A DNA stretch of 64,000 nucleotides, taken from positions 434,001 through 498,000 of the forward strand of contig MU058714.1 of the NCBI GenBank assembly GCA_013265495.1, written 5' to 3'. The notes beneath the pieces are model-generated. The model made no database searches, was not told the DNA's origin, and saw nothing but the letters and a program-made list of their open reading frames with translations. The DNA comes from Vicugna vicugna. Taxonomy: Eukaryota. A program made the position numbers and the translations under genes. Positions within the stretch are counted from its first letter, which is position 1. Every line of letters starts with the position of its first letter. This document shows positions 1 to 12,900 of the stretch, piece after piece.

Positions 1-189
1 CTCACCTGGGGGGAACCGAGGAGCCCCAGGCCCTGCTCCTCCTGCCACTAATTAGTACCACCACTGCTGCTAACACCGCCAGCACCGCTTGCACCACCAC
101 CACGCTGCCGGCACCAGCACGGCTGGTGTTGCCACACTGCTGGCACCAGCAGCGCCAGTCCCAGTGCCAGCAGCACGACCACCGCTCCC

Positions 190-830
190 TTTCCTAAGTG
201 GAGGTGAGATTCACACGGCATAAAATGAATCGTTTAGAATCACTGATTTGGTGGCATTTAGTACATCCACGATGCTGTGCACCCACCACCGCCTCATTTT
301 AGTTCCAGAGCTCCTCTTCCCCCAGAAGGAAACCCTGACCCATTAAGCCATCATTCCCCGTTTCCTGCTCCCCCAGCTCCTGGAGACCACGGTTCTACTG
401 CCTGTCTCCAGAGACTGTTCTGAATGTTCTGTGTAGGATACATTCATGTAAAAATAGAATTACGCTCCGTGTGGCTGTTGTGTCTGGCTTCCTTCACTCA
501 GCATCACATCTTCATGGTTCCGTCCGCGTTGGATCACACGTCAGAAATTCCTTTTTAAGGCTGAATACGATCCCGGTGTGTGGAAGGACCACGTTTAGTC
601 TCTGTACTCGCCCGATGATGAACATTTCGGTTGTCTCCACCTTTTGTGGCGGTGAATCCAGCTGCTCTGAGCGTGTGTGCACACGTGTTCACCCGCATGC
701 CTGCATTCAGTCTTTGGGGGGGCGTCCCTGCGAGTGGAATCGCTGGGTCTGTGGAACTGCTGGAGGAGGACCCATTCCCTCCTGGCGCTCCACCCCTGGG
801 CCGGAGCACATCTAAGTCTCTTCCTGAGGA
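190..830 (-). mobile_element. L1 3' fragment (L1MB/MC-like)
   Basis: gtggcatttagtacatccacgatgctgtgcacccaccacc, tgtctggcttccttcactcagcat, ttcctttttaaggctgaata. Confidence 0.8.
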
Positions 831-1544
831 GGCTGTGTGGGAGGTGAGCTTTCCGAGGCCTTACATGTGTCCCTGCCCCGTCACAGCCTGCCGGGCCACT
901 CCTCCCGTCCCCGCCTCCTATACGGAAGCGATGCCCTGCCCGGTGGGGCTGGGGCACGGAGCCCAGCCCTGAATCCGACACTTCTGGGTACCCCCGCACT
1001 CCCGCCCCCCGCACTGTGGAGGCTGCATCCGACAGAGCAGTGGTTCATCAAGGCCTGCTCTACAGCTGGCCAATGATGTCCCCTGTGGTGGGTGAGCAAA
1101 GGGGTCTCAGGGGGGCAGAGTCCCTGCTCTCAGCCCAGAGGAAGTCGCGTCAGAACCCGGGAGTCCTCGTGCCGTGACCCCACGCCAGTGACTTTCTGCC
1201 CGAGGGAGGGGAGGCTGGGGCTGGCCGCGCTCAGCCCCTCAGTACCAGCTTTCAGAGGCACAGTGATTTTTCTCTGCTCTCTGTTAACTGAGGACCAAGT
1301 CCGGCATCAAACAAGCTGTTGTGAGTGATAACTGGGCTTTATCTGGCTCCAAGAGTGGCCAGATGAGCTGCTTGTGGGTGGATCCCACCCGATCTCCCAT
1401 CCAAGCCCCCAGAGAGACTTGACCCTGGGGCTTCTGGGGGCTTCGGGCTGCGCCAGCTCTGGAGGGAATGTGGCCCAGAGAGGCATTATCAGGCTGGGTT
1501 GGTGATCTTTCTGTCTTGCTTATTGACTGCATGGCCTTGGGAAC

Positions 1545-2010
1545 ATATTACTGGTTCCTCCCCTGCATCTCCCCTTCCTCTTTTTCAGCCGAGCCCTGAT
1601 TTTTGGAGGGGAGCGATGTGCCTAGCTGAAAATACTCATCTTATGAGACTCTTCCACAGCTGGAGTTAGCTGTATGAGATGTGTGCAGGGCTGTCTAGAG
1701 ATTTCTGGGAAAGGTTTTGCTTTCCTGCTCTGGTGCTATTCCTTCCTCCTCCCCTCTTCCTTTTTTGCTGCTGAAAGCAGGGACTCAAGACCTGGAGATG
1801 CAGCAGCCTCCTTGCAGCCATGAGGATGTGCTGAGGGTGGCCAAGGAGGCTGAGCTCCAGATGGCAACAAGCAAGTGCTGGGTCAGCAGTGCCGCTGCCT
1901 GTCCAAGAGTTTCTCGGAGTTTCTTGTTGCGTGGGTTAGCTCCTTGCTGGTCTGAGCTGTAGTTTACCAGGTGTCCTGTTGCTTCCAACTGAAGGCATTT
2001 CCCCTGAGTA
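1545..2010 (+). mobile_element. Ancient ERVL solo LTR (LTR33/LTR16-like)
   Basis: Recalled motifs gatgtgcctagctgaaaatact, ttctgggaaaggttttgctttcctg, gcagcctccttgcagccatgagg and a tgttgcttccaactgaaggcat end. Confidence 0.6.
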
Positions 2011-2049
2011 CCTTTTGAGCCTGTTTCTTCATCCTGAAAATGCTGCTGA

Positions 2050-3185
2050 AATTCTTTGTCTTGGAGTTACGGTACTGCCAAAATTGTTCATCCTTTTATT
2101 CCTTTTTTTCCCAGAATAAATATTTATCTATATTTTCATATAAAAGTACAAAATATTTGTTTTGACGTTCAAGTTCTTTACAAAGAATTGAAATTGTTAT
2201 ATATGAGTGAGGTGGGGAGCCTGTTTCTTCCCCTGTAGATAACCAGTTTGTCCCAGTTCCATTTCCCCACTGATCTGTCTTGTCCCCTTCCTTTACGGCT
2301 TGAGCGCTCTCGGGCTAGCCTTCAGTCTAGACAAGATGGATCCTCAAGACTTCTTTCTTGGGACAGATGAGGAATGGAAACAGAGAGGGTGTGTGGTTTT
2401 CTCCAGGTCACACAGCAGATCAGTAAAAACCGTGCAATGTCCGTAAGTACACAGCTGTACATACGTAATGTCTCTGTGCGCCAGAGTGTCTAGGCAAAAT
2501 CCTTAGAACTGGAATCACCGAGTCGAAGAGTCCAGTCAAGCTTTCTTGGTTGGTTAGATGCTTTATTGGTTGGCTGGCCTGGTTAGACACTGAAAAGCTG
2601 CTCTCCCAGAAGCTGCACTAATATTTACGTACGAGAAACTCGCTGACCCACCAACACAGCGTGTGGTCAGAGTTTCTGGTCTCTGCGAAATATATAGCTG
2701 AAAAGCTGTCTTTCGGATGGTCTTAGCTGGTATCTTTCTTATTAAATGTGGAGTCGACACCAAAAGCATGAGCGACAAATGGAAAAATAGATAATGTGGT
2801 GCTCATCAAAATTAAAACCTCTTGTGTAGCAGCAGACATTATCAAGGGAGTGAAAAGGCAACCTGCAGAAAGGGAGAGAAATACCGCGAACCTGATAAGA
2901 ATCTAGTGTCCAGAATATATAAGGAACTCTTACAACTCGGCACCAAAAAGACAAACAACCTGATTAAGAAGCAGGCAAAAGACCTGATTAGACATGTCCG
3001 CAAGAAGACACACAAAATCACCAGCCATCGGGGAGACACCAACCAAACCCCCAACTCACACCCACCAGGACAGTAAGGGTTAAAAAGGGGGAAATTGCGA
3101 GCGGTGGGGGGATGTGGAAGAGCTGGCATGCTCGCTGTCACTGGTGGGAATATAAAATGGGGCAGCTGCTGGGAAAAGCAGCCCT
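2050..3185. mobile_element. Cluster of old L1 fragments (minus 2050-2740, plus 2745-3185) with a MIR piece
   Basis: ccagtttgtcccagttccattt on the minus piece; [14 protein letters not shown] and tggtgggaatataaaatggggcagc on the plus piece. Confidence 0.6.
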
Positions 3186-4208
3186 GTCCGATCCTGCTGC
3201 TTATTATGAGACCTCTGCTCACCTTGCCTTTCAGAGGAGCGAGCACTGCCCCCTGGGGTTCTGTCATCCCCTCTGGCGTCAGGGAGCCGAGGTCTGGGAG
3301 GACACCTGCTGCTGTCAGCCCTGCCCTGTGGAGGAGCGCGCCCCGACCGGCCTGCACCACATCGCCCTGGTCAACGGCAGTGTGGCTGGTGGCCCTGCCA
3401 TTCTCACACGGAACTCCAGCCTGGCCTCAGGTCCCAGGCTCTGGTCCTTCTTCTGCTATTTACCAAGAGGTCTGGTGTTTCCACTTGACTTAGCGTAGAC
3501 TGTGCCTTCCTCCAAACAGGAACAAAGTGCTGGAAAAGCTACCAAGATAGAAAGCCTTCTCGTTCCTTCCACACGAAGTCACTCTCTCTCTATTACGGTG
3601 TTTTTCTTTGCCTTTTAATGCCACTCTAAGGAAAGAAAAATGAAACATTTAAAGTATTAGCACGGATTTTACCATCCATCTTTATATGATGCAATGAGAG
3701 TCTTAACTGCAGTTAGAAGAACATCTAACTCGGAGGCCGAATCCCTGAAATAACACAATTCATATTTCATAGCTCATCGCGCATATGTACCTTGTTTTTC
3801 GCCAGAGGAGTGGAAATGCTGCCCCAAACTAACTCGTCTGTTTTTATTTCACTTCTGATACACACACACCCTCCGATTACCCTCTACCTCCTGCCTTCCC
3901 ATAGCAGGGGAGGGCTGGGAGGAAAAGGGGGCAGGGGGGACCCTGTCTTCTCATTGCCTTCCACGTCATCATTTCAGCGTGAGTGCTTGGCTGATACAAG
4001 GAAGTAACAGGTCAGAGAGGAAACGATAGGGCTTCCTGCTTGTTCTATTTCTTGGAACCTCAGTGCATTCTTTCTGCGTTCAGAGTAAGTTCTGGTTCAA
4101 ACAGAAGGCGTGGCTTTTTGGAGCCATCTGTGTCCCCCCTCGTCCTCGGCTGCAGGCATAACACACTTGCCTTGTTCTCATGCGGAGTCTCGCCGAACTC
4201 CCTGGGAG

Positions 4209-4412
4209 CAGGGTCTACAGAACTTCGTGCTCACGTGCAGCGGGGTGTCCAGCCAAGTGTCCGCCCCTGCGCACACTCCCTCGGCCCAAAACTTCACTCG
4301 CAAAAGTCAAGTTCAAAAATAAAATTATTCAGACCCTTAATCCAAGCCCAGGTCCTTCTGAGCATGGGGCCCTGTACAACTGCAGAAGTCGTTCTCCATG
4401 AAACCAGCCCTG
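4209..4412 (-). mobile_element. hAT-Tip100 MITE (MER91-like)
   Basis: CAGGG termini on both ends; minus strand cagggctggtttcatgg...tgcagttgtacagggccccatgctcagaagg resembles MER91; partial 8-bp TSD cctgggag/cctgtgcc. Confidence 0.65.
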
Positions 4413-4430
4413 CCTGTGCCCACAGATACG

Positions 4431-4448
4431 TGTGTGTGTGTGTGTGTG
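4431..4448. repeat. (TG)9 microsatellite
   Basis: Read directly from the sequence. Confidence 0.9.
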
Positions 4449-4489
4449 GTCATGTGAATGTTTCACGACCTGCCTCTTTAATCATCTAG

Positions 4490-5260
4490 CTTGGAAAACT
4501 TTCTATATATGAATACACTTTATATATTCTGCAAAAAATGTACTTAATTCTTTAAAGTGGATGCATAAAATCCATTAAATGTATCCAAATGTTTTTAATC
4601 AATATTCTGCTCATAGACTCTTCTTCCTCAGCTTTTCACGCTTACAAACAGTACAGCTTCAAACATCCTCATGCCCTTGAGCAAATGTTTTCACCCCAGT
4701 GTTCCTGGAGGCTGCGTCTCTAGAGGTGTACTGGCTGGTTCACAGTGAAGCTGCAATATTATAACAGATACCAACACATTGCCTATTTCTTCATCCCCAA
4801 CAAAACATGCCTGTTTCAGTACACCTCCCCCAACGCGTGGCATTACCGGAGTCCTCACCTGTGCCCACAGCATAAGGCAACACTCTCTCTTCGCTGCGTT
4901 CACTTTTATTTAGTTATCAGAAAGCTCGAGAATTCTCCTATATGTTTATTCACCCATCTGTGTTTTTCCTTTTGTAGTCTGACTACCTGTGCCCTTTGAA
5001 TGTTGCTCTATTGCTTTTTAAAAAATGAACTTTTCATGTTAGAATGGTTTTAGGCTTACAGAAAATTTCAGAGACAGTGCAGAGTTCCCAGATCCCCGAC
5101 TCCTGGCTTCCCCTCCCGCTAATGCCTTACGTTGAGATGGCACATCTGTCAGGACAGACAAACTCATGTTGACGTATTACTACTAACTGAAGCCCATGCT
5201 TTCTTCAGATTTCCTTAGTTTTTCCTTAATGTTCTTTTTTTTGTTCCGCATCCAGGAGGC
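4490..5260 (-). mobile_element. Old L1 fragments (L1ME/MC-like)
   Basis: gtacagcttcaaacatcctca, ttagaatggttttaggcttacagaaaa, ttcagatttccttagttttt. Confidence 0.6.
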
Positions 5261-5524
5261 CAGGACAGAGGTTTCTCAGGCGTGGGACTTCCAGTGCGAA
5301 AACGAGGTGTTGGTGCCCCTCCTTCCACGCCAGCTCCCCTCCAGCAAATGCTCCCGAACAGCTGCAAGGAAGTTATTCCTATAACTTAAATCCTATCTCA
5401 TTTCTCTTCGGCTCAGATGCCAAAGTGCCTTCGGGATGAAACTACCCAGTAGCACCTGGGGAAAAGGCAGCTTGGATGGGACAGACGGCAATCCTGTGTC
5501 TTTAGACCATTTTGCCTTTGAAAT

Positions 5525-5930
5525 TGTGTTAGTTTCCTACGGTCGCTGTAACAAATCACCAGCTTGAAATGACAGAAAGGTATTCACTCACGGTCTGAAG
5601 GCCGGAGTCCAAAACCAAAATGTAGGCAATGCTTGTTCCTTCTGGAGGCCCTGAAGGAGAACCCTGGCTTCCAGGGACTTAGGGAACCCTCGACGTTCCT
5701 TGGTTCTTAGTTGCATTGCCCCAATCTCCGCCTCCGTCTCCCTCAGCCTCCTCTGCGTGTCTCTCTGTCTCTCCTCTCCATGTAAGTCATTAGATTTAGG
5801 GTCCACCCAAATCCAGGAGGCGCTCATCTCGAGATCCTTAACTAATGACACCTGTAAGGACGCTGTGTCTTCCTCTTCTGAGGTTCTGAGTAGATAGGAA
5901 TTTAGGAGGGACACAATTCAACCCGCTACA
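5525..5930 (-). mobile_element. MaLR solo LTR (MLT1B/C-like)
   Basis: tgtgttagtttcct...gctgtaacaaatcacca start and gggacacaattcaacccgctaca end are typical of reverse-oriented MLT1. Confidence 0.8.
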
Positions 5931-7439
5931 GAAGGCCTGGAGGTGGATTTGTTGTTGGGGAAACAGAGGCAGGTGTCTGTGGGGGGCCTCCCCAAGACCT
6001 CACACCTGCCCAGCCTCCTGTGCGAGGCCAAGTGGCTCATCCCCGGACCAGGTCCCCGGGAAGCAGACTGAGTGGGAGCCTCGAGGTCAGGAGGGAATGG
6101 GAGTGCGAGGGGGCGGAGCTTCGAGGAGCCCTGAGGAAGACTCACCTGGGCTCAGGGCTGTCGGGCTGGCCGGAGCAGGCGGGGCCTCTCTGGTCATCAG
6201 ATGCCCGCTGCCGCAGGAGGCATGTGGCCCTGGCGGAGGCCCTCTCTTCCACTGAGTGAGGGAACCTCCCCCAGGGGCCAAGAGTGGAGGACTGTCTGCT
6301 AGAAGTCAGCTCCCTGTTCCCAAAGCCGACCTGCCCCCGCTCCCTGAAGCTTCCTGACCCTCACCAGTCAGGCCTTGAGGCCTTTGCTGTTCTGAGCAAA
6401 TCAGTGTGCTGACCCCTGACCCAGGGCCTCAGAGGGCCCTCCCCAGAGGAGCAGGGTCTTCCCCAGGGCAAATCCTTTCCAGAAGGTCCGAGGCCACTGG
6501 CCCTCTTGGCCTGCTTCCCAGCAGACCCTGCCCAGAAGCCCCGCTGCAGCGCCGTCCCTCAAACCTCAGTGGGCCAGGAGCTGTGACGCCCATCTGCCCG
6601 TCTCACAGAGCAGAAGCTAGGGCCTGGAGGTGGCGCCCCGGCCCCAGACTCAGCTCAGACCTCGCTGTCTGACTCTAGAGGCCAGGAGCTCCCTCAGTTC
6701 AGGCTCCCCTTAGGGACTGAGGGCCTCTGAGCATCCCCAGCCTGGGTCCAGTTTCCCAAAGACACCAAATTCCCTGGGGATTACAGCAGTGCTGAGTGAC
6801 CGCCACAGGGCTGTCATCCTGGCCCCTTTTGGGAAGCGATGTAAAAATAGACAGGCTGACCTCGAAGGGCGGAGGTTCCTCTTTCCTTGGCCTCTCCCTG
6901 AGCCCCTTCCCTCTGCCTCCTACCGCCAAGCTGGGGCTTGCCAGGGTATAAAAGGGCCAGGACAGAGCCTAGAGTACCCCTTCCCACTCCAGTCCTGCTC
7001 TGGGTCCCTGCTGACTGGCGAGGGTGCCAGGCTTCAGGAACTCGTGAGGGCCACCCTGGAGGCCGCCAGAGTCAAGGAGAGGGCAGCCATGGTCACAAAG
7101 CAAGTGGATAAATTTGAGGATGAAGCAGATAGGGCACTGGGAGCTTTTGCAAAGTCAGAAGAGATTTGGGGGCAAACCTTTTCCCAAACATGAAAAATAG
7201 CTTAAAATATCCGAAGTCAGCAGGGTTAGGTGTGTGAAAGGGAGAGAAAGCTGAACGATTGAGGGGTGGCCCTAGGGGCAGATCTTGTCTTGGGAGCAGA
7301 GATATTAAGACTGGGCAGCAATAATAGTGGTGATGTGAATGTTAACTCTATTAATAAGTAAGAGCAACAGGATAACAAAGGCTGCCACGTGTTGGGCATA
7401 GACTACATGCCAAGCACTTTGAATACAGTGTTTATTATT

Positions 7440-7870
7440 ATTCTTAAAATTGAAGTACAGTCAGTTACAGTGTGTCCGTTGCTGGTACACAGCACAGTGT
7501 CCCAGTCATGCATACATATATACATACGTTCGTTTTCATATTCGTTTTCATTAAATGTTATTACGAGATATTGAATGTAGTTCCCTATGCTTGCATATAG
7601 TATTTATTGCACTGAGCTCTGCATGGACTCAGGGACTCGGCATTTTTTTAATTTAATTTATTTTTAATTGAAGTATAGTTGATTTAAAATGTCATGTTAA
7701 TTTCTCGTGTACAGCATAGTGATCCATTTATATATATATATATAAATTCCTTTTCACATTCTCTTTCATTATAGGCCATTACAAGGTACTGAATATAGTT
7801 CCCTCTGCTATACAGTAGGACCCTGTTGTTTATCTATTTTATATATAGTAGTTAGCATCTTAAAATCCCA
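7440..7870 (-). mobile_element. Two tandem young L1 3'-end fragments (7440-7592, 7645-7870)
   Basis: Both begin aattgaagta(c/t)agt and contain tgaat(g/a)tagttccct; the first resembles the reverse complement of 55410-55560. Confidence 0.75.
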
Positions 7871-7889
7871 GAGTTTGAGGCCCAGTATT

Positions 7890-7995
7890 TTTAACCTCAT
7901 CTTACAGTGGAGAAGACCAGGGCTCAGAGAGGTAACTTGCCTGAGGCCACACAGCCAGAAAGAGGCAGAGCTGGGCTGTGAACTCAGGCTTCTGG
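7890..7995 (-). mobile_element. MIR SINE core
   Basis: gggctcagagaggtaacttgcctgaggccacacagc...gaactcagg. Confidence 0.7.
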
Positions 7996-9469
7996 AGGCA
8001 ATCACTACTTCAGTGGCTTCTCTGTGCTGAGGTGCGCCCATGGTGAGTTCACACTGTGAGCTTTCCATCAGCCAGACCTCCCTGGGCCGGTGCCCGCAGC
8101 TGCCTGCACCTGTCATCTCCTGGGCTCCCCTGGGCTCTGGAGGCAGCGGGTGCTGCCAGGCTGCCCTTCCTCCCCAAGTGCCAGCCGGGCCGGCATCGGG
8201 GCAGTGGAAGGAGGGCTAATTGTGGCTCCTTATTCATGGTCACATCCCTGTCCGCTGAGCAAGTTAGGGCCTGAGGAAGTGCTCGCTCACGGCACAGAGC
8301 AGACCAAGATGCAAGCTTTTGCATCCCTATTAGTGGGACCCAGGTCCTGATATGGACATGACCCCTGGCTGCCCAGCAGCTTTCCGAAAACCTCCCACCC
8401 TGACTCCAGACACCCCTACTCCGCTCACTCCAGGGCTGATCCCTGCCTGAGGCCTCATCAAGCTCCCGGGTGGCCAGATGGCCCCCTTGCTCAGCCCCCC
8501 TCCCGCCTCGGATGTCCTCCACGGCCAGGAATAACCAGTGACTCAGGCGGTGCCTGCGGTGCTGGCCCTGCTCCCTGGGCACGTTCCCTTACAAGGCCGT
8601 GTGTGCTTCCCGCCAGCCCGGAGGTGACAGACAGGCCACTCTCCCACTTCATTCATTCATCTGTTCGTCCCCCACTATTTATGGAACCAGCTCCTTTGCA
8701 AAGCAGTGGGACACAGATGCTCAAAACAGAGACTTGAGGGGCTGAGGGTTTGCTGGGGGTCTGGACTGAGAGGCCAGCGCCCGCATGCTGGACCCCTGGT
8801 GGTTCCCCCTGGACCAGCCCCAATGCCTGACCCATCCTGGAGGACCATGAGCAGCCCCGCCAGAGTGCACTCCTGGGCAATGCCACCAGGGCACGCCCGG
8901 GCGCCGGGGTGACCTCTGTGCCCGGGAATGAAGGAGGTGCCAAGCCTCTCCGCCTGGTGGGGTAATTATCGCTCCTCTCCTGCCTGACCTCTCCTGCCTG
9001 TCTGCCTGGAGGGGAACCAGCTGAAGCTCACAGCCAGAGTGGGGCTCGTGGACCAGCCTGCCCACCACGCCCACCCTGCCCGCCTCACCTGGCTGCCCCG
9101 CCGGCCCTGCAGCATTCCCTCCCCAGGGAGGAGCTGACCCCTGGCTGCCTGATGCCTGATGCATGATGTCTTCGCTGGTGAGTCACAAGGTCCACCTCAG
9201 GCAGGGATGGGCTTGTCCAGGGGCTCGGCTCTGGGGCCTCGGTGTCACCCCCAACTCTAGATGCATCCTGCCCCCTGGCTGTTTGTGCAGGAAAAATCAA
9301 GCCTCCTGTGACCGCTTTACCCAGACAAAGCCACTGTCAATGTTTTTGGTGTGTTTCCTTCCTGCCTTCTCACTACATACATCTGTGCACGTATTTTTTT
9401 TTACAAAGATGAAATCAGATGTGCGTACCGGTTAATACATCAGGAACATTTCCCGATGAGACCTAAGAT

Positions 9470-9735
9470 ATTTAACAGCTTTGTTGAGATACAATCAATA
9501 TATCATAAATTTCCCCACTGAAAGTGTAAAATTCAGTGGTTTCGGTAACGTCACAGAGCTGTGCAACCATCACCATAATCCAATTCCAGAACGTTTTCAT
9601 CGCCCCCATTAGCAGTCTCTCCCCATCACGCTCCCTCCCTCCCTCCCCTCAACAACCAGTAATCTTTCTGTCTCCATAGAGTTGTCTACTGCAGTCGTTC
9701 CATACAAATGCAACCACACGAAGGTCTATTTTTGG
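9470..9735 (-). mobile_element. L1 3' fragment (L1MB-like)
   Basis: acagctttgttgagatacaat...cacagagctgtgcaaccatcaccataatccaattccagaacgttttcatc. Confidence 0.8.
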
Positions 9736-11789
9736 AAGCCCCACATTAAATGGGTGCTCAGCGTTCTGATCTAGGGCTACACCATGGCTTCTTATGGGGT
9801 AGTTCTGTTGTCGTGAGCATTCCTTTGCTTTGGGAAGATCACCCACAGCCCCACTGGAAGGCCTAAAGGCTGGTATGGAGGCTGAGTTGGAAAGAGCTGG
9901 AATGAGCTGCCCTCCCGTCTCTGTTCACAGCACATTTACTCCACTGGAGGAGCACGTGGTCACGTGCTCCTCTGCAGAGAACAGGGACACCCCTTCCCCA
10001 CTTCCAGGCTCAGGCAGTTACCCCCAGTGCTGCCAGGACCCGCTCAGAGAGGGGCACGACGAATGCTGGCTGACCACATACAGACCAGGGATGTCTCCAG
10101 CCTCTCCAGCACGCCTGGCTTTGCTTGCGCGGTGCCCATGCTCGGGACAGGTCTGAGTCCCCCTTCCAGAACCCAACAGACACTAGCAGGACGGCCTTTC
10201 TGGCGGGAAATCATCACTCACTGATGCTGGAGATGATGGTCAGGAGACACTGAGATCAGGTGGGAGAAGTGAGCAGTGCAGCGTGGAGGTAGAATTTACT
10301 GCACAATCCAAAGCCAAACCGAGACAAAGCCTGAAGGAGGCTGCAAAGCAATGGAAGTAAGATCTTCATGTGTCTTGTCAACTGATTCCAGAAGGCAGTT
10401 TCCCAGACGTCTCCGCCCTGGCGGACCACTGAAGCCGTTGCAGATCTCCCCAGAGTGTCGGCTGCTGGGGGACTCAAAGCTGGGACCTTTGGGGTTCTAT
10501 GTCAATGTCTCTCCTGCAGATTAGGTGCAGGGAGGGGGACAGTTCTGGCCACAGGGCTGGGACCACCTGCCTCTCTGGCTGGACACTGCTTGGGTTCCCT
10601 GGAAAGTCCCTTCCCTTGCAAAGTGTTTGGTGTGTCTTCAATCTGCCCTGGAAAAGTGTTTGCTCAGATGTTGCCGTGTGTGTGCATGTATGCATACTGT
10701 ACTCGAGTGCCTGCCTGTGGATGATGCACACACAGGACACCACCCCCCTCCATGGCTGCCACCATCGTCCACAGATGTGTGGTGGCCCCTCTTGAAGGCG
10801 CATTTCCCCAAGCTGTTCACAGATGCCACCTCCCTTGCTGCACACACAGTGTGGGCTCATGTTCCCTTTCCATCCTCAAAGGGGCAGTTGGTCTGTGCAG
10901 TTAGCATTCCTGACTACCCCCTCCACGTGCCACGTGCCATGTGCCCAGGGTCCCCAGCACAGCCGGGACCAATGGTGAGCGGATGGCTCATAGGTCACCA
11001 CGGGGACAGCCCTACAAAGCCCATGGGGCTTTCCTTTTCCATTAACCTCGGGTGCTGGGGAGAGAGACAAATTTGGGTGGGTGTATTATTTAGGTCAGAG
11101 GTGGTCTACTTTCCCCAGAAGGGGGCCCCTTTAATGTCACAGTCATTGGGATGGCACATTTAGTATCTGACAATGACAAGACCTACTCTCAAGCCCAGAA
11201 GACTTTTATAAGAATTGCATTTTATCACAAAAGTTTTGAGATGACTGAAACCTGCTGAATGAATCTTCGATGACTGAGTAATCCCAGACCAGATACTTGA
11301 CGTACTAGATATGGCCTTCTGCCATATTTGTGGGCACAGGATTTCTGGAGCCTTTTAGAATCTACCCATGCAAGGATGTTGCTGTGGATCCTGGAGTGGA
11401 TGCCACTGGCTGGACCACTGGTCAAGACAGGGGAAAGAACCTCCCAAGGCAGCCTCTGCCAGCTTCAGGGGGAAAGCACGAGGGGTTAAAACCTCAGGAA
11501 ATTGACCTTTTCTCAGCTCCAGCAGGTGGCTGGCTGGGTCCCCTGTTTCCAGAGCTCACCATCCTGGAGTCTAGGGCCCCAGGGGCCCCAGCCCCACCTC
11601 ACTCCACGCTGCCCCCCCACCCCACCCCCACTCCAGGGCAAGAGAAACAGTCTGGGCCCAGGGGGAACCCGCCCGGCTGTACCTGGCATCCAGTCCCAAG
11701 AACACTGCCTGCCCAGCCCTCTAGGCTGACCTCTGCACACCCTTCCCCAAAACTGTGCCAGGCCTTATTCATGCGCTGGCAGTGTCAGA

Positions 11790-12900
11790 ACCGCTCCGGG
11801 GAGGGAAGCCGGGCCTGCACCCCAGTCACCACTCCCGGATCTAGGAACCGCTTCTTTTTACAGCGGGGAGAGGGCAGCCAGAGAGGACGATGGCCCCGCC
11901 CAGGGTCACCCACCAAAGGATGGAAAGAAGTGGGCAGCGTGAGACGACTGGGCTCAAACTCCCGCGCTGCGGATGGGTTGCCAGCAGTTAAAACCTCGGG
12001 TAAGTTTACGAACCACTGGGAGCGCCTCAGTTTCCCAGTAAGGAAATAACCCATCTCCTGTGACAAATCCTCTTTCCAACCTCCTGGGACCCTCACAGGC
12101 CAACAGCCAGGAGGATGGCAGCCTGGCTGGAAAGCGCGCGCGGAGTCACAACCGCCTTCTCTCCCGCACTGGTTCAGTGTCGGCGCCCAGGCCGGGAAGC
12201 GCAGGGATGGGGGTCCAGCGTTCCTCCCGCGCCCGACTGTGGAATCGGGGCCAGAGCCCCACCCCTCCAAGCCGAGAGGGTCGGAGGAGCCCCCGGGCGC
12301 CCCTCTCACAGCCCCCGCCGTGCACCCCGCGGCGCAGGCACCCACCGCCCCGCCGCCGCCTGCGTTGGGCAGCGGGGGGCGGGGTGGGGGGGGAGTGTGT
12401 GTGCGCGTCTCCACTGGCAACTGCGCGGTCGCCGGGCAACCCGCGCGCCCCAGGCCCGCCGCGCCCCGGGGAGCCCCGAGGGGAGGGGGAGCGGGCGCCC
12501 TGCGAGTCCGCACAACCCCTCCTTCCTATGGCGGGCTGGGGGTGCAGACTGCAAGGGAACCTGGGCCGCCGGCTCCAGTCCCAGGTGACCCAGCGCTGGA
12601 GCTGCGTGGGAGGACAGGGGCCCCTGGGCGGCCACGTGCTGACACCCAGGGAGGCAGGAAGCCCAGGCCCCGCGGAGACCCCGGCAAGCCCTTACCCTCC
12701 CAGGGATATAGAGGAAACAAGGCCTCCCGGCCTCTCCCGAGGCTGGGCGAGGAGCAAGGGCGCCGCAGGGGTGTGTGCCTGGTGAGACACTGGGAGAGGA
12801 GGGACCGGCGGGGTGCAGTGCCCGTGGAAGGGGGCGGCGGCGTATCAGGGTGTGATCCAGGATTAACTCGGGGCTGGTCCCTCTGGGGCCAACTGGGGGC
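11790..12900. promoter_or_regulatory. Orphan intergenic CpG island
   Basis: Core 12130-12620 is very GC- and CpG-rich, with GC boxes and two X-box-like motifs; no credible coding exon nearby. Confidence 0.7.

Noticed and set aside
55..185. CAC/CAG/GCC-rich low-complexity stretch resembling a Thr/Ala/Pro-rich exon or repeat array
   Set aside because: A degenerate trinucleotide-type simple repeat with no regular repeat-spacer structure or convincing splice sites; not CRISPR-like.
3380..3825. Possible hAT-type DNA transposon relic (similar hints near 11090-11370 and 62205-62330)
   Set aside because: Too diverged to assign family or boundaries by eye; needs Dfam/RepeatMasker.
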